50,912 nucleotides of DNA, from assembly GCA_043827405.1 (NCBI GenBank), contig JBDRPD010000033.1, positions 1 through 50,912 of the forward strand, in the 5' to 3' direction. The position numbers were made by a program, and so were the translations under genes. Positions 9,729-18,832 of this stretch are shown here, one piece after another (the stretch's first letter is position 1; each line of letters opens with the position of its first letter). Below the pieces are notes generated by a model, which saw only the letters and a program-made list of their open reading frames with translations, did no database searches and had not been told where the DNA came from. Origin of the DNA: Elusimicrobiota bacterium (GTDB lineage Bacteria; Elusimicrobiota; Elusimicrobia; UBA1565).

Positions 9729-11063
9729 CTAAGCCTCTATAGTGACGGCGGCGCCGACCGCCCGGACCGTCCCGCCGATGCTGGCATGGACTCGGGCGCC
9801 GAGCGCGTTGGGTGGCGGCTCGCCGATCACGTCTCCTTTGTTGACCTTCTGTCCGGCGCGCACGACGGCCTCGGCCGCGGCGCCCAGGTGCTGCTTGAGC
9901 GGGATGCGCACGCTCGGGAAATCCCGGCCGGCGGCGATGAGGGGGGCCTTTTTCTTGTAAGCGGACAGTCCCAGGCGTTTGGTCAGCCTTTCGACCGGCA
10001 CCTTGCGGTACTCTATTAGTGAATGCGCTTGGGGTGTCTGCCCGGTGTTGAGCTTGGAGTTCTTCCAGGTTACGCCTGTTTCCCGGAGATCGGCCTTGCC
10101 TGAGACGCAGACGTTCTTCGGATCTAGGTTCTCGGGGCAGGCGTAGAGGCTGCATAGGGAACACTCGCAGCAGAGGAGCGCCCATTCGCTGAGCAGATTC
10201 TTCTTCGCCCCGGCAAACGACAGGCTCCGCATGACGCGGTGCGGTTCGATGGCATAGCCCAGCAGGTAGCGCGGGCAGAACTGCGTGCACAGCGAGCACT
10301 GGTCGCAGGCGGCGCGGCCGATGCGCGAGAACTGTTCCCGGGACGCTGATTTCCGTCGAATCAAGTGATGGTTTTTCGACAGGACGATAAGGCCGCCGGT
10401 CGTCTTGGTGACGGGCGCCTCCAGGTCGGTCGTGACACGGCCCATCATCGCGCCGCCGTCGATGACCGCGATGTCCTCTATGGCCGCGCCGCCTGCGCAG
10501 GCGATCGCCTCGGCGATGGAGACGCCCACGGGAAGGCGCAGGGTGCAGGGGCGTTTGACCGCCCCGGCCACGGTCAGAAAGGTTTCGGTGACGGGGATGC
10601 CTTGCGACGCGCGGAAGACGTTTAAAAGCGACTCGACGTTGTTGACGACGGTTCCCACCTGGAGGGGGATGCCGCCGGGTGGAATCAGCCGCCCCGTGGC
10701 CGCATGGACCAAGCAGTACTCGTCGCCGGCCGGGTAAAAATCGCCCATGGTGAGGAGCTTGATGAGCGGGTCGTCTTTAAGCCGCTTGCCGTAGTCGGCC
10801 GCGAGGTCCGCGTGCTTTTTTTTAAAGGCGAAGGTCGCGCGCCGGGCGCCCACCGCTTCGGCCATCAGGCGCAGGCCGCCGAGGACCTCGTCGGGAAAAG
10901 CCTTCATGATCTCGCGGTCCTTCTCCAGCAGGGGCTCGCATTCGGCGCCGTTGGCGACCGCGTACTCTGCCCGGGCTTCCGCCTTGACGTGCGTGGGAAA
11001 GCCCGCGCCGCCCGCGCCGACGACGCCGGCGGCTTTTATGCGGTCCGCAGCCTTCTCGTTCAT
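9729..11063 (-). CDS. pduS: PduS/RnfC-like flavin and 4Fe-4S oxidoreductase (SLBB domain)
   Basis: AGVVGAGGAGFPTHVK, NGAECEPLL, YPAGDE, GGAMMG, CDQCSLCTQFCP, CCECSLCSLYACP, PLKQHLGA, GARVHASI; directly upstream of a PduT-like gene. Confidence 0.82.
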   Translation of the reverse strand: MNEKAADRIKAAGVVGAGGAGFPTHVKAEARAEYAVANGAECEPLLEKDREIMKAFPDEVLGGLRLMAEAVGARRATFAFKKKHADLAADYGKRLKDDPLIKLLTMGDFYPAGDEYCLVHAATGRLIPPGGIPLQVGTVVNNVESLLNVFRASQGIPVTETFLTVAGAVKRPCTLRLPVGVSIAEAIACAGGAAIEDIAVIDGGAMMGRVTTDLEAPVTKTTGGLIVLSKNHHLIRRKSASREQFSRIGRAACDQCSLCTQFCPRYLLGYAIEPHRVMRSLSFAGAKKNLLSEWALLCCECSLCSLYACPENLDPKNVCVSGKADLRETGVTWKNSKLNTGQTPQAHSLIEYRKVPVERLTKRLGLSAYKKKAPLIAAGRDFPSVRIPLKQHLGAAAEAVVRAGQKVNKGDVIGEPPPNALGARVHASIGGTVRAVGAAVTIEA

Positions 11064-11107
11064 GGGCAAACATTCTACAACTTCTCGTGTCGCGGCCGGG
11101 ACGCTTC

Positions 11108-11136
11108 TTGACAGGGACCGGGAAAACGTTCATGAT
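11108..11136 (+). promoter_or_regulatory. Sigma70-type promoter of the DUF1015 gene (probably leaderless)
   Basis: TTGACA (11108-11113), 17-nt spacer, CATGAT (11131-11136); ATG at 11144 with no SD. Confidence 0.6.
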
Positions 11137-11143
11137 GCCTCCG

Positions 11144-12319
11144 ATGAGCCTGACCGTCCGTCCATTCTGCGGCGTACGCTTCGATGAAAAACGGTTTTCT
11201 CTGGGCCGCGTGCTATGCCCGCCCTATGACGTTTTTACGCCGAAGCTCACGCGCCGGCTGCGGCGGGTGCGCGAGAACGCGGTCCACCTCGAGCTGCCGG
11301 CCGGGGCTTCGTCCGTCCGCTACTCGGCGTCCAGAAGGCGTTGGGAGAGCTGGCTGCGGGCCGGAGTTCTGCGCCAGGATAGGACGCCCGCGTACTATGT
11401 CGTCGAACAGCGCTTTCGCTTCCGCGGCCGCGGCCGCGTGCGGACGGGCATTCTCTGCGCGCTGGGGCTCGACGCCGGCACCGCCCGGCGGGTTTTACGC
11501 CACGAGCGGACCATGGCCAAGCCCAAGGTCGACCGCACCCGGCTGTTAAAGACCCTTAAGGCAAATACGTCGCCGATTTTCGGCATCTGCACGGATCCCG
11601 GAGGGCGGCTGCGCCGCGAGCTCGCGGCGGCGCGCCGGCGGCGTCCGCTGGCGGCGGGGCGCGATGTCCAGGGAGTGTCCTATCGGCTGTGGCGGCTCGA
11701 CGATCCGAGAAAGACGGGGCGCATCGAACGGATATTCCGCACCCGCAGCGTTCTGATCGCGGACGGGCATCATCGCTACGAGGTCGCTCGCGACTACTGG
11801 CGGGCTTCCCGCGCCGACGGCGCCGACGGCGTGCTCGCCTATCTTGTCGCCGAGACGGACCCGGGCCTGCTGGTGAGCCCGACGCAGCGCGTGGCGCGTC
11901 CGACGGCGGCGGTGCGGCGGGCATTGGAGCGGCGCTGCGCGGGGCGATCCAGCGCCGGCCTGGCGGCGCTCATGCGCGGGCTGGCCCGCGCTCGTTCGCC
12001 TTACGCCTTCGGCCTCTATGACGGCGCTTATCGTTTAATGGAGCCGGCGGCAGGCGACCGGGGCGTGCGCAGCCGCTTCGGACTCGACTGGCTGGCGCGC
12101 CGGATTCTGGCCGCGGTCGATCCGCAGGAAATCGCTTATTTTCACGCAGCGGGCGACGCTGTCCGGGAGGCGAAGCGGCGGCACGGGCTTGCGTTTATGG
12201 GCCGTCCGTTCTCCGTCGCGGATATCCGGCGCGCGGTGCGGCGGGCGGGCCTGCTGCCGCAGAAATCGACGTACTTCTTCCCCAAGATCGCGAGCGGTCT
12301 GGCTTTTCGGTCCTTTTAG
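11144..12319 (+). CDS. DUF1015 family protein
   Basis: VRPF, PPYDV, HERT, NTSPIF, LIADGHHRYE, LPQKSTYFFPK. Confidence 0.88.
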   Translation: MSLTVRPFCGVRFDEKRFSLGRVLCPPYDVFTPKLTRRLRRVRENAVHLELPAGASSVRYSASRRRWESWLRAGVLRQDRTPAYYVVEQRFRFRGRGRVRTGILCALGLDAGTARRVLRHERTMAKPKVDRTRLLKTLKANTSPIFGICTDPGGRLRRELAAARRRRPLAAGRDVQGVSYRLWRLDDPRKTGRIERIFRTRSVLIADGHHRYEVARDYWRASRADGADGVLAYLVAETDPGLLVSPTQRVARPTAAVRRALERRCAGRSSAGLAALMRGLARARSPYAFGLYDGAYRLMEPAAGDRGVRSRFGLDWLARRILAAVDPQEIAYFHAAGDAVREAKRRHGLAFMGRPFSVADIRRAVRRAGLLPQKSTYFFPKIASGLAFRSF

Positions 12320-12348
12320 AAGCGTCTCCGATACGGTAGAATCTGCGC

Positions 12349-13119
12349 ATGCAATTCTCGGTGATCATTCCGGTTTGGAACGAAGGCCGCCAGCTCGCTT
12401 CGGCGCTGCGGCGTCTGCGCCAGATATCGATCTACGACAATATGGAACTGATCGTAGTCGACGGCGGAAGCAGCGATGATACGCGGGAGGTGGCCGCGAA
12501 ATGGGCCGACACCGTGATAAATCACCGCCAGCCCAATCGCGGCGCGCAGCTGCATGCCGGCGCACAGATCGCGGCCGGGGACCTGCTTTTCTTCCTGCAC
12601 GCCGATACCCAGCCTCCCGGCAACTGGCAGGAATGCCTCGAGCAGTTCTGGCTCTCCTCGCACCGGGTCACGCCCGCGGCGACGGTATTCAGCGTGGACT
12701 ACGGCGCGCACTGGAACTACCGTCTGGTGGCCTGGGGGCAGAACGCGCGGGTGCGTTGGCGGCAGGTCGCCTACGGCGACGCCGGGTTCTGTACGACGCG
12801 CGAGGTCTACGCCGCCTGCGGGGGAATCCCGGAGATCCCGCTGATGGAGGATGTGATCTTTTCCGAGCGATTGCGTCGGCATGGCGCGATCACCCTCCTA
12901 CCCGCCCGCATCCATCCCGGCGCGCGGCGCCTGCATGAGACCGGTCCGCTGCGCAACTCCCTGCGCAATTTGTGGATTCGGTCGCGCTTCGCGCTGGGGG
13001 CGAACGCGGAGGATTTGTGGACGGCGTATTACGCAAAACGGCCGCATCAAGCGGCCGGTCTTGCGGACGGCGAAAGCGCGCTGAAAGCCGCGGTTCGCTC
13101 CAGGCGTCGAAAGCGCTGA
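12349..13119 (+). CDS. Glycosyltransferase family 2 (TIGR04283-like)
   Basis: SVIIPVWNE, IVVDGGSSDDT, NRGAQLHAGA, FLHADT, YGDAG, IPLMEDV. Confidence 0.88.
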   Translation: MQFSVIIPVWNEGRQLASALRRLRQISIYDNMELIVVDGGSSDDTREVAAKWADTVINHRQPNRGAQLHAGAQIAAGDLLFFLHADTQPPGNWQECLEQFWLSSHRVTPAATVFSVDYGAHWNYRLVAWGQNARVRWRQVAYGDAGFCTTREVYAACGGIPEIPLMEDVIFSERLRRHGAITLLPARIHPGARRLHETGPLRNSLRNLWIRSRFALGANAEDLWTAYYAKRPHQAAGLADGESALKAAVRSRRRKR

Positions 13120-13124
13120 CTGTT

Positions 13125-13490
13125 TTAGGGGACGATCTCCTTAACCTTCGACACGAGCGCGTCCATCCCCGTACCCTTCTGCAGCGCGCCGTCGGCGCCC
13201 TTGAGCCCCTGACCCTTTCTCTCATGCGCGAGGTCGCGGCCCGTCATGATGAGGATTTTCGCCGTGGTGCGGGTGCGGGTGCGGATATCATACGCCGGGG
13301 TGTCGGGGTTGAGGCCGGGCATGCCCATGTCGAGCAGAATGAGATCGGCCTTGAATTCCTTGAGTTTCGCGATGATGGCGTCCGCTGAAGCGGCGGTTTC
13401 GACCTTATAGCCCTCGGCTTCCAGCGCGGCCATAAGAAAATCCGCCATATCGGGTTCGTCGTCACAAATAAGAATATTCTTCTCAGCCAT
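13125..13490 (-). CDS. Single-domain response regulator (receiver)
   Basis: ILICDDE, DLILLDMGMPG, ILIMTG, GADGALQK. Confidence 0.85.
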   Translation of the reverse strand: MAEKNILICDDEPDMADFLMAALEAEGYKVETAASADAIIAKLKEFKADLILLDMGMPGLNPDTPAYDIRTRTRTTAKILIMTGRDLAHERKGQGLKGADGALQKGTGMDALVSKVKEIVP

Positions 13491-13533
13491 GTTTCCTGCC
13501 TCCGCAGCGCGATAGATCACGCGAATCTGATAA

Positions 13534-13615
13534 ATCATATCCCCTCATCAGGCAGAGGTCAAGGGCGGGCCGCCGCCGCTTCTCCTTGACCCTTCCGCCG
13601 AGGGAATGTTACCTT
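13534..13615. promoter_or_regulatory. Back-to-back divergent sigma70-type promoters
   Basis: Minus strand: TTGACC (13562-13557), 17 nt, TATGAT (13539-13534). Plus strand: TTGACC (13586-13591), 18 nt, TACCTT (13610-13615) with an extended TG. Confidence 0.5.
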
Positions 13616-13645
13616 TGAGCATATTCCGTTTTGTGAGCGATAACT

Positions 13646-14428
13646 ATGGAAGAAGCGGCGACTCAGGATGTTCTATCGCGCACCGAGGGGGCGGTCGGGA
13701 TAGTGCAGATCAACCGGCCCAAGGTCCTCAACGCGCTTAGCTACTCGGTGATCGAAGATATCGGCGCGGCGCTCGAGGCGTTTGACCGCGACGATTCCAT
13801 ACGCTGCATGGTGCTGATGGGCAGCGAGAAGGCTTTCGCGGCGGGTGCGGATATTAAGGAGCTCGAGGGCGAGACCAGCGTCGATATGGTCCTGAGCGGC
13901 CGCATGCTCGGCTGGGACCGTCTCCGGCGGCTCGCCAAGCCCGTCATTGCCGCCGTAAGCGGCTTCGCGCTCGGCGGCGGCTGCGAGCTGGCGATGTCCT
14001 GCGATATTATCGTCGCCAGCGAGTCGGCTGTTTTCGGACAGCCGGAAGTGGATATCGGGGTTATCCCGGGCGCCGGCGGGACCCAGCGGTTGACGCGCGC
14101 GCTCGGCAAATCCCTCGCCATGGATATGGTCCTGACCGGGCGCCGGATCGACGCCGAGACGGCGCTGCGCCACGGCCTGGTCAGCCGCGTTTTTCCCGTC
14201 GAAACCTGCCTTGAGGATGCCGTCGCGCTGGCCAAGAAGATCGCGGAGAAGCCCCCGGTCGCGGTGCGGCTGGCCAAGGACGGCGTTTCCCGCGCGCTCG
14301 ATATGAGCCTGGAAACGGCGTTGGAGTATGAGCGGAAGCTTTTTTATTTAGTGTTCGGCACTGCGGACCAGAAAGAGGGGATGCGGGCGTTCCGCGAAAA
14401 GCGCAAGCCCGAGTACAGGGGACGATGA
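13646..14428 (+). CDS. Enoyl-CoA hydratase (PaaF-like)
   Basis: INRPKVLNAL, KAFAAGADI, FALGGGCELA, FGQPE, PGAGGTQRL; both catalytic Glu positions present. Confidence 0.92.
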   Translation: MEEAATQDVLSRTEGAVGIVQINRPKVLNALSYSVIEDIGAALEAFDRDDSIRCMVLMGSEKAFAAGADIKELEGETSVDMVLSGRMLGWDRLRRLAKPVIAAVSGFALGGGCELAMSCDIIVASESAVFGQPEVDIGVIPGAGGTQRLTRALGKSLAMDMVLTGRRIDAETALRHGLVSRVFPVETCLEDAVALAKKIAEKPPVAVRLAKDGVSRALDMSLETALEYERKLFYLVFGTADQKEGMRAFREKRKPEYRGR

Positions 14429-14432
14429 AGCC

Positions 14433-15224
14433 ATGAGCGAGACGGCGGCGCAGGAAGAACTGCTGGTCCGGCGGGAGAACGCCGTCATCACGCTGACGCT
14501 CAATCGTCCCGGCGCGCTCAACGCCCTGACTTGGAGCTTGCTGCGCGGCCTGCTCGCCGAGCTCAAGGCGGCCGAAAAGGACCCGAGCGTGCGCGTGGTG
14601 GTGATCACCGGCGCCGGGCGCGCATTTTGCGCGGGGAAAGACATCAAGGAAACGCCGGAGTCCGCCCCCGCTTTGGGGCGGGAGCTGGAGCGCTACTATA
14701 ACCCCGTCGTCAGCCAAATCCGCCGCATGGAAATTCCGGTTATCGCCGCGGTAAACGGAGCCGCCGCCGGAGCGGGCGCGGCGCTGGCTTTCGCCTGCGA
14801 TATAAAGATCTGCTCGGCCACCGCGAAGTTTATCCCGTCTTTTATCCAGGGCGGGCTCAGCCCGGCCGCCGGCTTCACGCGGGCGCTGGTCCGCACCGTC
14901 GGTCTGTCGTTGGGGCTGGAGCATGCCTGGACGGCGAAGCCTCTTTCGGCGCGGCGGGCGGAGCAGTTCGGTCTCGTCAACGAGGTCGTGCCCTCCGAAG
15001 AGCTCGAGCGGACCGTGCGCCGGCTGACCGACCGGCTGCTGCGGGCGCCGGCGCGGGCGGTGGCGCTCACCAAGCGGGCGTTTAACCGCGCCGCCGGAGG
15101 CGAGTATGAGGCGATGCTTGAGTACGAGGCGAAGCTGCAGGATTTTTTGGGACGGACGCAGGATCATGCCGAAGGATTGGCGGCGGTCCGCGAAAAGCGG
15201 GAGCCGCATTTTAAGGGCGAGTAG
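14433..15224 (+). CDS. Enoyl-CoA hydratase/isomerase (PaaG-like)
   Basis: LNRPGALNAL, GAGRAFCAGKD, AVNGAAAGAGAALAFACD, LGRTQDHAEG. Confidence 0.88.
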   Translation: MSETAAQEELLVRRENAVITLTLNRPGALNALTWSLLRGLLAELKAAEKDPSVRVVVITGAGRAFCAGKDIKETPESAPALGRELERYYNPVVSQIRRMEIPVIAAVNGAAAGAGAALAFACDIKICSATAKFIPSFIQGGLSPAAGFTRALVRTVGLSLGLEHAWTAKPLSARRAEQFGLVNEVVPSEELERTVRRLTDRLLRAPARAVALTKRAFNRAAGGEYEAMLEYEAKLQDFLGRTQDHAEGLAAVREKREPHFKGE

Positions 15225-15228
15225 CCTT

Positions 15229-15831
15229 GTGCGGTTACGGCTCATTTTCGGCGTTCTCTTGCTGTCGCTGACCTTGCCCGCTGCCGCGGCCAAAAAATCC
15301 AAAACGCGCGACAGCCGGCAGCTGTCTCGCGGCAAGGACTTCTCCTACCTTTTGCCGCCAGGCTATCGCCGTCACGATGCCGACGCGGCGGCCGTCGCCG
15401 GCTGGTCGCATACCGCCGACGGTTCTGTTGTCGCGATGACCCGGGTCTCCGCCCGGCAGGTGAAAGCGTATGCCGCCGCTAAAAAGGCGCGCGCCGCCAT
15501 GGCGCCGGAAAAGAGCAAGGATTTCGCATTCTCTAAAGTCTATAAGAAGACCCTCCCAAACAGCCTCAAGTACTACTTCTTCACCCGGCGCAGCCGTCAG
15601 GGCCGGTCGGCGCGGCAGAAAGTCGCGGGTTTTATGAATATGGGCGAGACGCTCTACCGTATCGAGGGAGAAGTGCCGGTCCAGCCGGACGGAATGAACG
15701 GCCTGTATCAAATTCTGGGCACCATCAAGCCGGTTAAGCGCCCCAAGCGCGAGCGCGCGTTCGATCCGAGCGGAAAGCCTTCCGCTTTACAGGATCAGGA
15801 AGAGCGGGATAAAGGCGTCCCGCTTTACTAA
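15229..15831 (+). CDS. Hypothetical secreted protein
   Basis: GTG start 4 nt after the upstream stop; signal peptide RLRLIFGVLLLSLTLPAAAA. Confidence 0.6.
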   Translation: MRLRLIFGVLLLSLTLPAAAAKKSKTRDSRQLSRGKDFSYLLPPGYRRHDADAAAVAGWSHTADGSVVAMTRVSARQVKAYAAAKKARAAMAPEKSKDFAFSKVYKKTLPNSLKYYFFTRRSRQGRSARQKVAGFMNMGETLYRIEGEVPVQPDGMNGLYQILGTIKPVKRPKRERAFDPSGKPSALQDQEERDKGVPLY

Positions 15832-15911
15832 ATATTTACCTGCCGGTAACACCGGCGTTCCATTGTTCCGGCATGTTATTGGCAGGACTTGCCCCGGTCC
15901 TGGAGGGTGCC

Positions 15912-16409
15912 ATGAAAACAGCTTCCGTAGTCATTATTGGAGCAATAATAAGTGCTTTTTCATGCTCTCCCGCGGCCGCGGGGACGGTCAGTCAGCGCGC
16001 GGCAATCCGGAGTACTCGGTCTCGGCCCATGCTGCGCCGGGCCGCGACGCCGCCGCCCGCGCCGGTTCCCACGGCGCCGGCTTCTCGCGGGACCGAGCCC
16101 AGCCCGGCCCGGGCGCCGCATAATATGGGATTAAGTGGACCCTACAAGTTTCAGCCGGCCGCTCCCCCGCCGCCGCGCAGCGCGCTCGCGCCCTTGCCGT
16201 CGATTGAGCAGGAGTTTCTCAGCCGTATCGCCGCCAAGCACGCGCAGGGGACGGAGGTTCGGGCGACGCGGGCCGACCGCATCGCGGATTTTGACCCCGA
16301 CAAGGCGTCCGACAGCGAAGTCGTTGTATTGGGCGGTGGAGTCCCCGCCGATACCGGCGGTCATAATCGCGACCAAGGCGGCAAGCCCGCGGACAAGAAG
16401 GACAAGTAG
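15912..16409 (+). CDS. Hypothetical secreted Pro/Ala-rich protein
   Basis: SD GGAGG before ATG; signal-peptide-like N-terminus; low-complexity body. Confidence 0.55.
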   Translation: MKTASVVIIGAIISAFSCSPAAAGTVSQRAAIRSTRSRPMLRRAATPPPAPVPTAPASRGTEPSPARAPHNMGLSGPYKFQPAAPPPPRSALAPLPSIEQEFLSRIAAKHAQGTEVRATRADRIADFDPDKASDSEVVVLGGGVPADTGGHNRDQGGKPADKKDK

Positions 16410-16480
16410 CGCTCTTTCCCGCCGCTTTGAATCGCCGTACTCCCATGTGATATAAGGTACGTACGTCTATGGGAGGAAGC

Positions 16481-17137
16481 ATGGCTAAGATCGGTGTTGT
16501 TCTTTCCGGCTGCGGCGTCAAGGACGGCGCCGAGATTCACGAATCCGTTTTAACTTTGCTGGCCCTGGACCGGCACGGCGCCGAGGCGGTGTGCATGGCG
16601 CCGAACATCCCCCAGGCCGACGTCATTGACCATGCGGCGGGCAAGCCCGTTGCGGAGACGCGCAACGTTCTGGTGGAATCCGCCCGCATCGCGCGCGGAG
16701 TGATTAAGGATATCCGCGACGTGAAGGCCGAAGACCTGGACGCCGTGATCCTGCCGGGCGGCTTCGGCGCCGCGAAGAACCTCTCGACTTTCGCCAGGGA
16801 CGGCGCGGACTGCACCGTGCAGGAGGACGTGGCGCGGCTGCTCAAGGAGATGCGCCAGGCCGGCAAGCCGATCGGCGCATTGTGCATTGCGCCCGCGGTG
16901 CTGGCCAAGGCGCTGGGCGACGAGCATCCGGTGCTGACCATCGGCAGCGATCCCGGAACCGCCCAGGCGCTGGAAAGCATGGGCGCCCGGCATGCGGTCT
17001 GCGCGGCGGGCGACGTGGTCGTGGATAATGAGCGGCTGATCGTGACGACGCCGGCCTATATGCTCGCGGGACGAATCTCCGAGGTCGCGGAGGGCGCGGA
17101 TAAGCTGGTGCGCGCCCTGCTCAAGCTTCTTGGATAA
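16481..17137 (+). CDS. elbB: Glyoxalase ElbB (DJ-1/PfpI, ES1 family)
   Basis: VVLSGCGVKDGAEIHE, RNVLVESARIARG, PGGFGAAKNLS, GALCIAP, VTTPAYM; SD GGAGG. Confidence 0.95.
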   Translation: MAKIGVVLSGCGVKDGAEIHESVLTLLALDRHGAEAVCMAPNIPQADVIDHAAGKPVAETRNVLVESARIARGVIKDIRDVKAEDLDAVILPGGFGAAKNLSTFARDGADCTVQEDVARLLKEMRQAGKPIGALCIAPAVLAKALGDEHPVLTIGSDPGTAQALESMGARHAVCAAGDVVVDNERLIVTTPAYMLAGRISEVAEGADKLVRALLKLLG

Positions 17138-17146
17138 CGAACGCCG

Positions 17147-17740
17147 ATGAGTCTTTCCGAGGAAGAGAAGCAGTCCCTCATAAAGCTCCTTGAGGTCGGG
17201 GTCGAGCGCAGCTCGGAACGGCTCGGCAAGATGTCCAAGACCCAGTGGGACATCACGACCGCCAGTACTAAAGAGATAGCCGAGGAGCGTCTGCTGGTCG
17301 CGGCCAATGCCGGCAAGCAGCCGGCGCTGGCGGCGCGGCTGACGGTCGCCGACAACCTGAGCGCGGACTTCGCGGTGTTCTTCCCGGAGAAGAGCGCTCT
17401 CGCCATCGCCCGCGCCGTGCTGCGGGACCACGCCCACCGGATGAAGCAGGTCAAGAACGTTCTTGAGCATACCATGGGCGAGGTCGCGAATATTCTGGCG
17501 CAGAGCGTGGTCGGGGCGCTGGCGGATGAGTATGAAACCTCGATCACCCTCTCGGTTCCCGCGGTGAGCCGGGGCGCAAAAGAGATGCTGCTGTGCACAT
17601 TCTTCGCCGAGTGCGACGATCCCTCCAAGCTGCTGCTGATGTCGCATGTGGAGCTGTTCTCCGGCAAGCTCTCGGCGGAGTGCAGCCTGGTGGCGCTCTT
17701 TGATCCCGAACCGCTTGACCGGCTCTTTCACGCCGTCTAA
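17147..17740 (+). CDS. CheC-like phosphatase family protein
   Basis: SLSEEEKQSL N-terminus; single ExxN motif GEVANIL; SITLSVPAV; adjacent to a CheY-like gene. Confidence 0.7.
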   Translation: MSLSEEEKQSLIKLLEVGVERSSERLGKMSKTQWDITTASTKEIAEERLLVAANAGKQPALAARLTVADNLSADFAVFFPEKSALAIARAVLRDHAHRMKQVKNVLEHTMGEVANILAQSVVGALADEYETSITLSVPAVSRGAKEMLLCTFFAECDDPSKLLLMSHVELFSGKLSAECSLVALFDPEPLDRLFHAV

Positions 17741-17758
17741 AACTGATCCGGAGCCGAC

Positions 17759-17787
17759 TTGCGGGATATCGCCGACCTTGCTACACT
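17759..17787 (+). promoter_or_regulatory. Internal sigma70-type promoter of the cheY-like gene
   Basis: TTGCGG, 17 nt, TACACT with an extended TG; SD AGGAGG follows. Confidence 0.5.
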
Positions 17788-17806
17788 GAAAATCCAGGAG
17801 GCAGTT

Positions 17807-18181
17807 ATGGGCTACCGTATTTTGATCGTTGACGATTCCCCCGTTCTGCGCATCATGCTGCAGGAGATGCTGGAGGCTATGGGCCATGAGATCGTAGGCG
17901 AGGCCGAGGACGGGGCGACGGCGGTCGCCCTCTACCGTGAGAAGAAGCCGGACCTGGTCACCTTGGATGTTTCCCTTCCCGACATGAACGGCATTGAGGT
18001 GCTGCAGAATATCCGGCGCGTCGATTCGGCGGCCAAGGTCCTGATGGTCACCGGCAATGACCAGAAGGCGATCGAGACCAAGGCTCTGGCGCTCAAGGCG
18101 CTGGGCGTGCTGCGCAAGCCTTTCGACGAGGGGGACCTGCGCAAAATGCTGGAAAAGTGCGCATCTCACATCAAGCGGTAG
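17807..18181 (+). CDS. CheY-like response regulator
   Basis: ILIVDDS, IVGEAEDG, KPDLVTLDVSLPDMNG, VTG, RKPF; SD AGGAGG. Confidence 0.9.
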   Translation: MGYRILIVDDSPVLRIMLQEMLEAMGHEIVGEAEDGATAVALYREKKPDLVTLDVSLPDMNGIEVLQNIRRVDSAAKVLMVTGNDQKAIETKALALKALGVLRKPFDEGDLRKMLEKCASHIKR

Positions 18182-18186
18182 GAGAT

Positions 18187-18789
18187 ATGGAGCTTACCGA
18201 AAGAGAGCGGCGCGCTATTCAGGGGCAATTTTCCGCCGGCGTTACCCGCTGCACAAGTCAGATCGAGAAGCTGTCGCGGACCCAGTGGGGGCTGATGTCC
18301 ACCGGCTCCCAGCAGATGACGGCCGTCGGCATGCTGTCGTGGTTTCGCCGCAACAAGGAAAAACACTACGCGGTAAAATTCAGCTCCACCTCCGAATTGC
18401 TTATTGAGGTGCTGTTTCTCTACGCGCAGGGCAGCGCCGAGGCCGTGTGCGATGTGGTCACCAGGCCCTATCGCGAGAAAATGAGCAAGCTCAGCAACCT
18501 CGTCACCCTGACGGTCGGCGAGGTGTCGAATATCCTCGGCCACGGGATCGTCGGCGCGCTCGCCGACGCGATCGAGGTCCCGATTATCCTCAGCGTGCCG
18601 CAGATCAGCGAGGGGCCGAAGGTCGACCTATTGGCGGACGCTTTCAAGGATTATGACGGCCGTAAGGATACTCTCCTGCTGTCGCAGGTCGAGCTTTATT
18701 CAATGAGCCTGAAGGCCGAGTGCACAATTCTTTTTATTCTTGATACCAAGAGCATTAAGAAGTACGTCCGGAAGATTCCCGTCAATTGA
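18187..18789 (+). CDS. CheC-like phosphatase family protein (second paralog)
   Basis: MELTERERRAI; GEVSNIL; VGALAD; IILSVPQI; shares motifs with 17147..17740 (TQW, VGALAD, LSVP, SxVEL, AEC). Confidence 0.7.
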   Translation: MELTERERRAIQGQFSAGVTRCTSQIEKLSRTQWGLMSTGSQQMTAVGMLSWFRRNKEKHYAVKFSSTSELLIEVLFLYAQGSAEAVCDVVTRPYREKMSKLSNLVTLTVGEVSNILGHGIVGALADAIEVPIILSVPQISEGPKVDLLADAFKDYDGRKDTLLLSQVELYSMSLKAECTILFILDTKSIKKYVRKIPVN

Positions 18790-18832
18790 TGTGACGGCGG
18801 GAACCCGGCATCCCCAGCGGGGTCCAATCGTC

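Noticed and set aside
7997..10299. Apparent N-terminal extensions of NadD (to 9616) and PduT (to 10299)
   Set aside because: The extensions overlap the upstream real genes in other frames; family motifs begin at 9163 and 9726.
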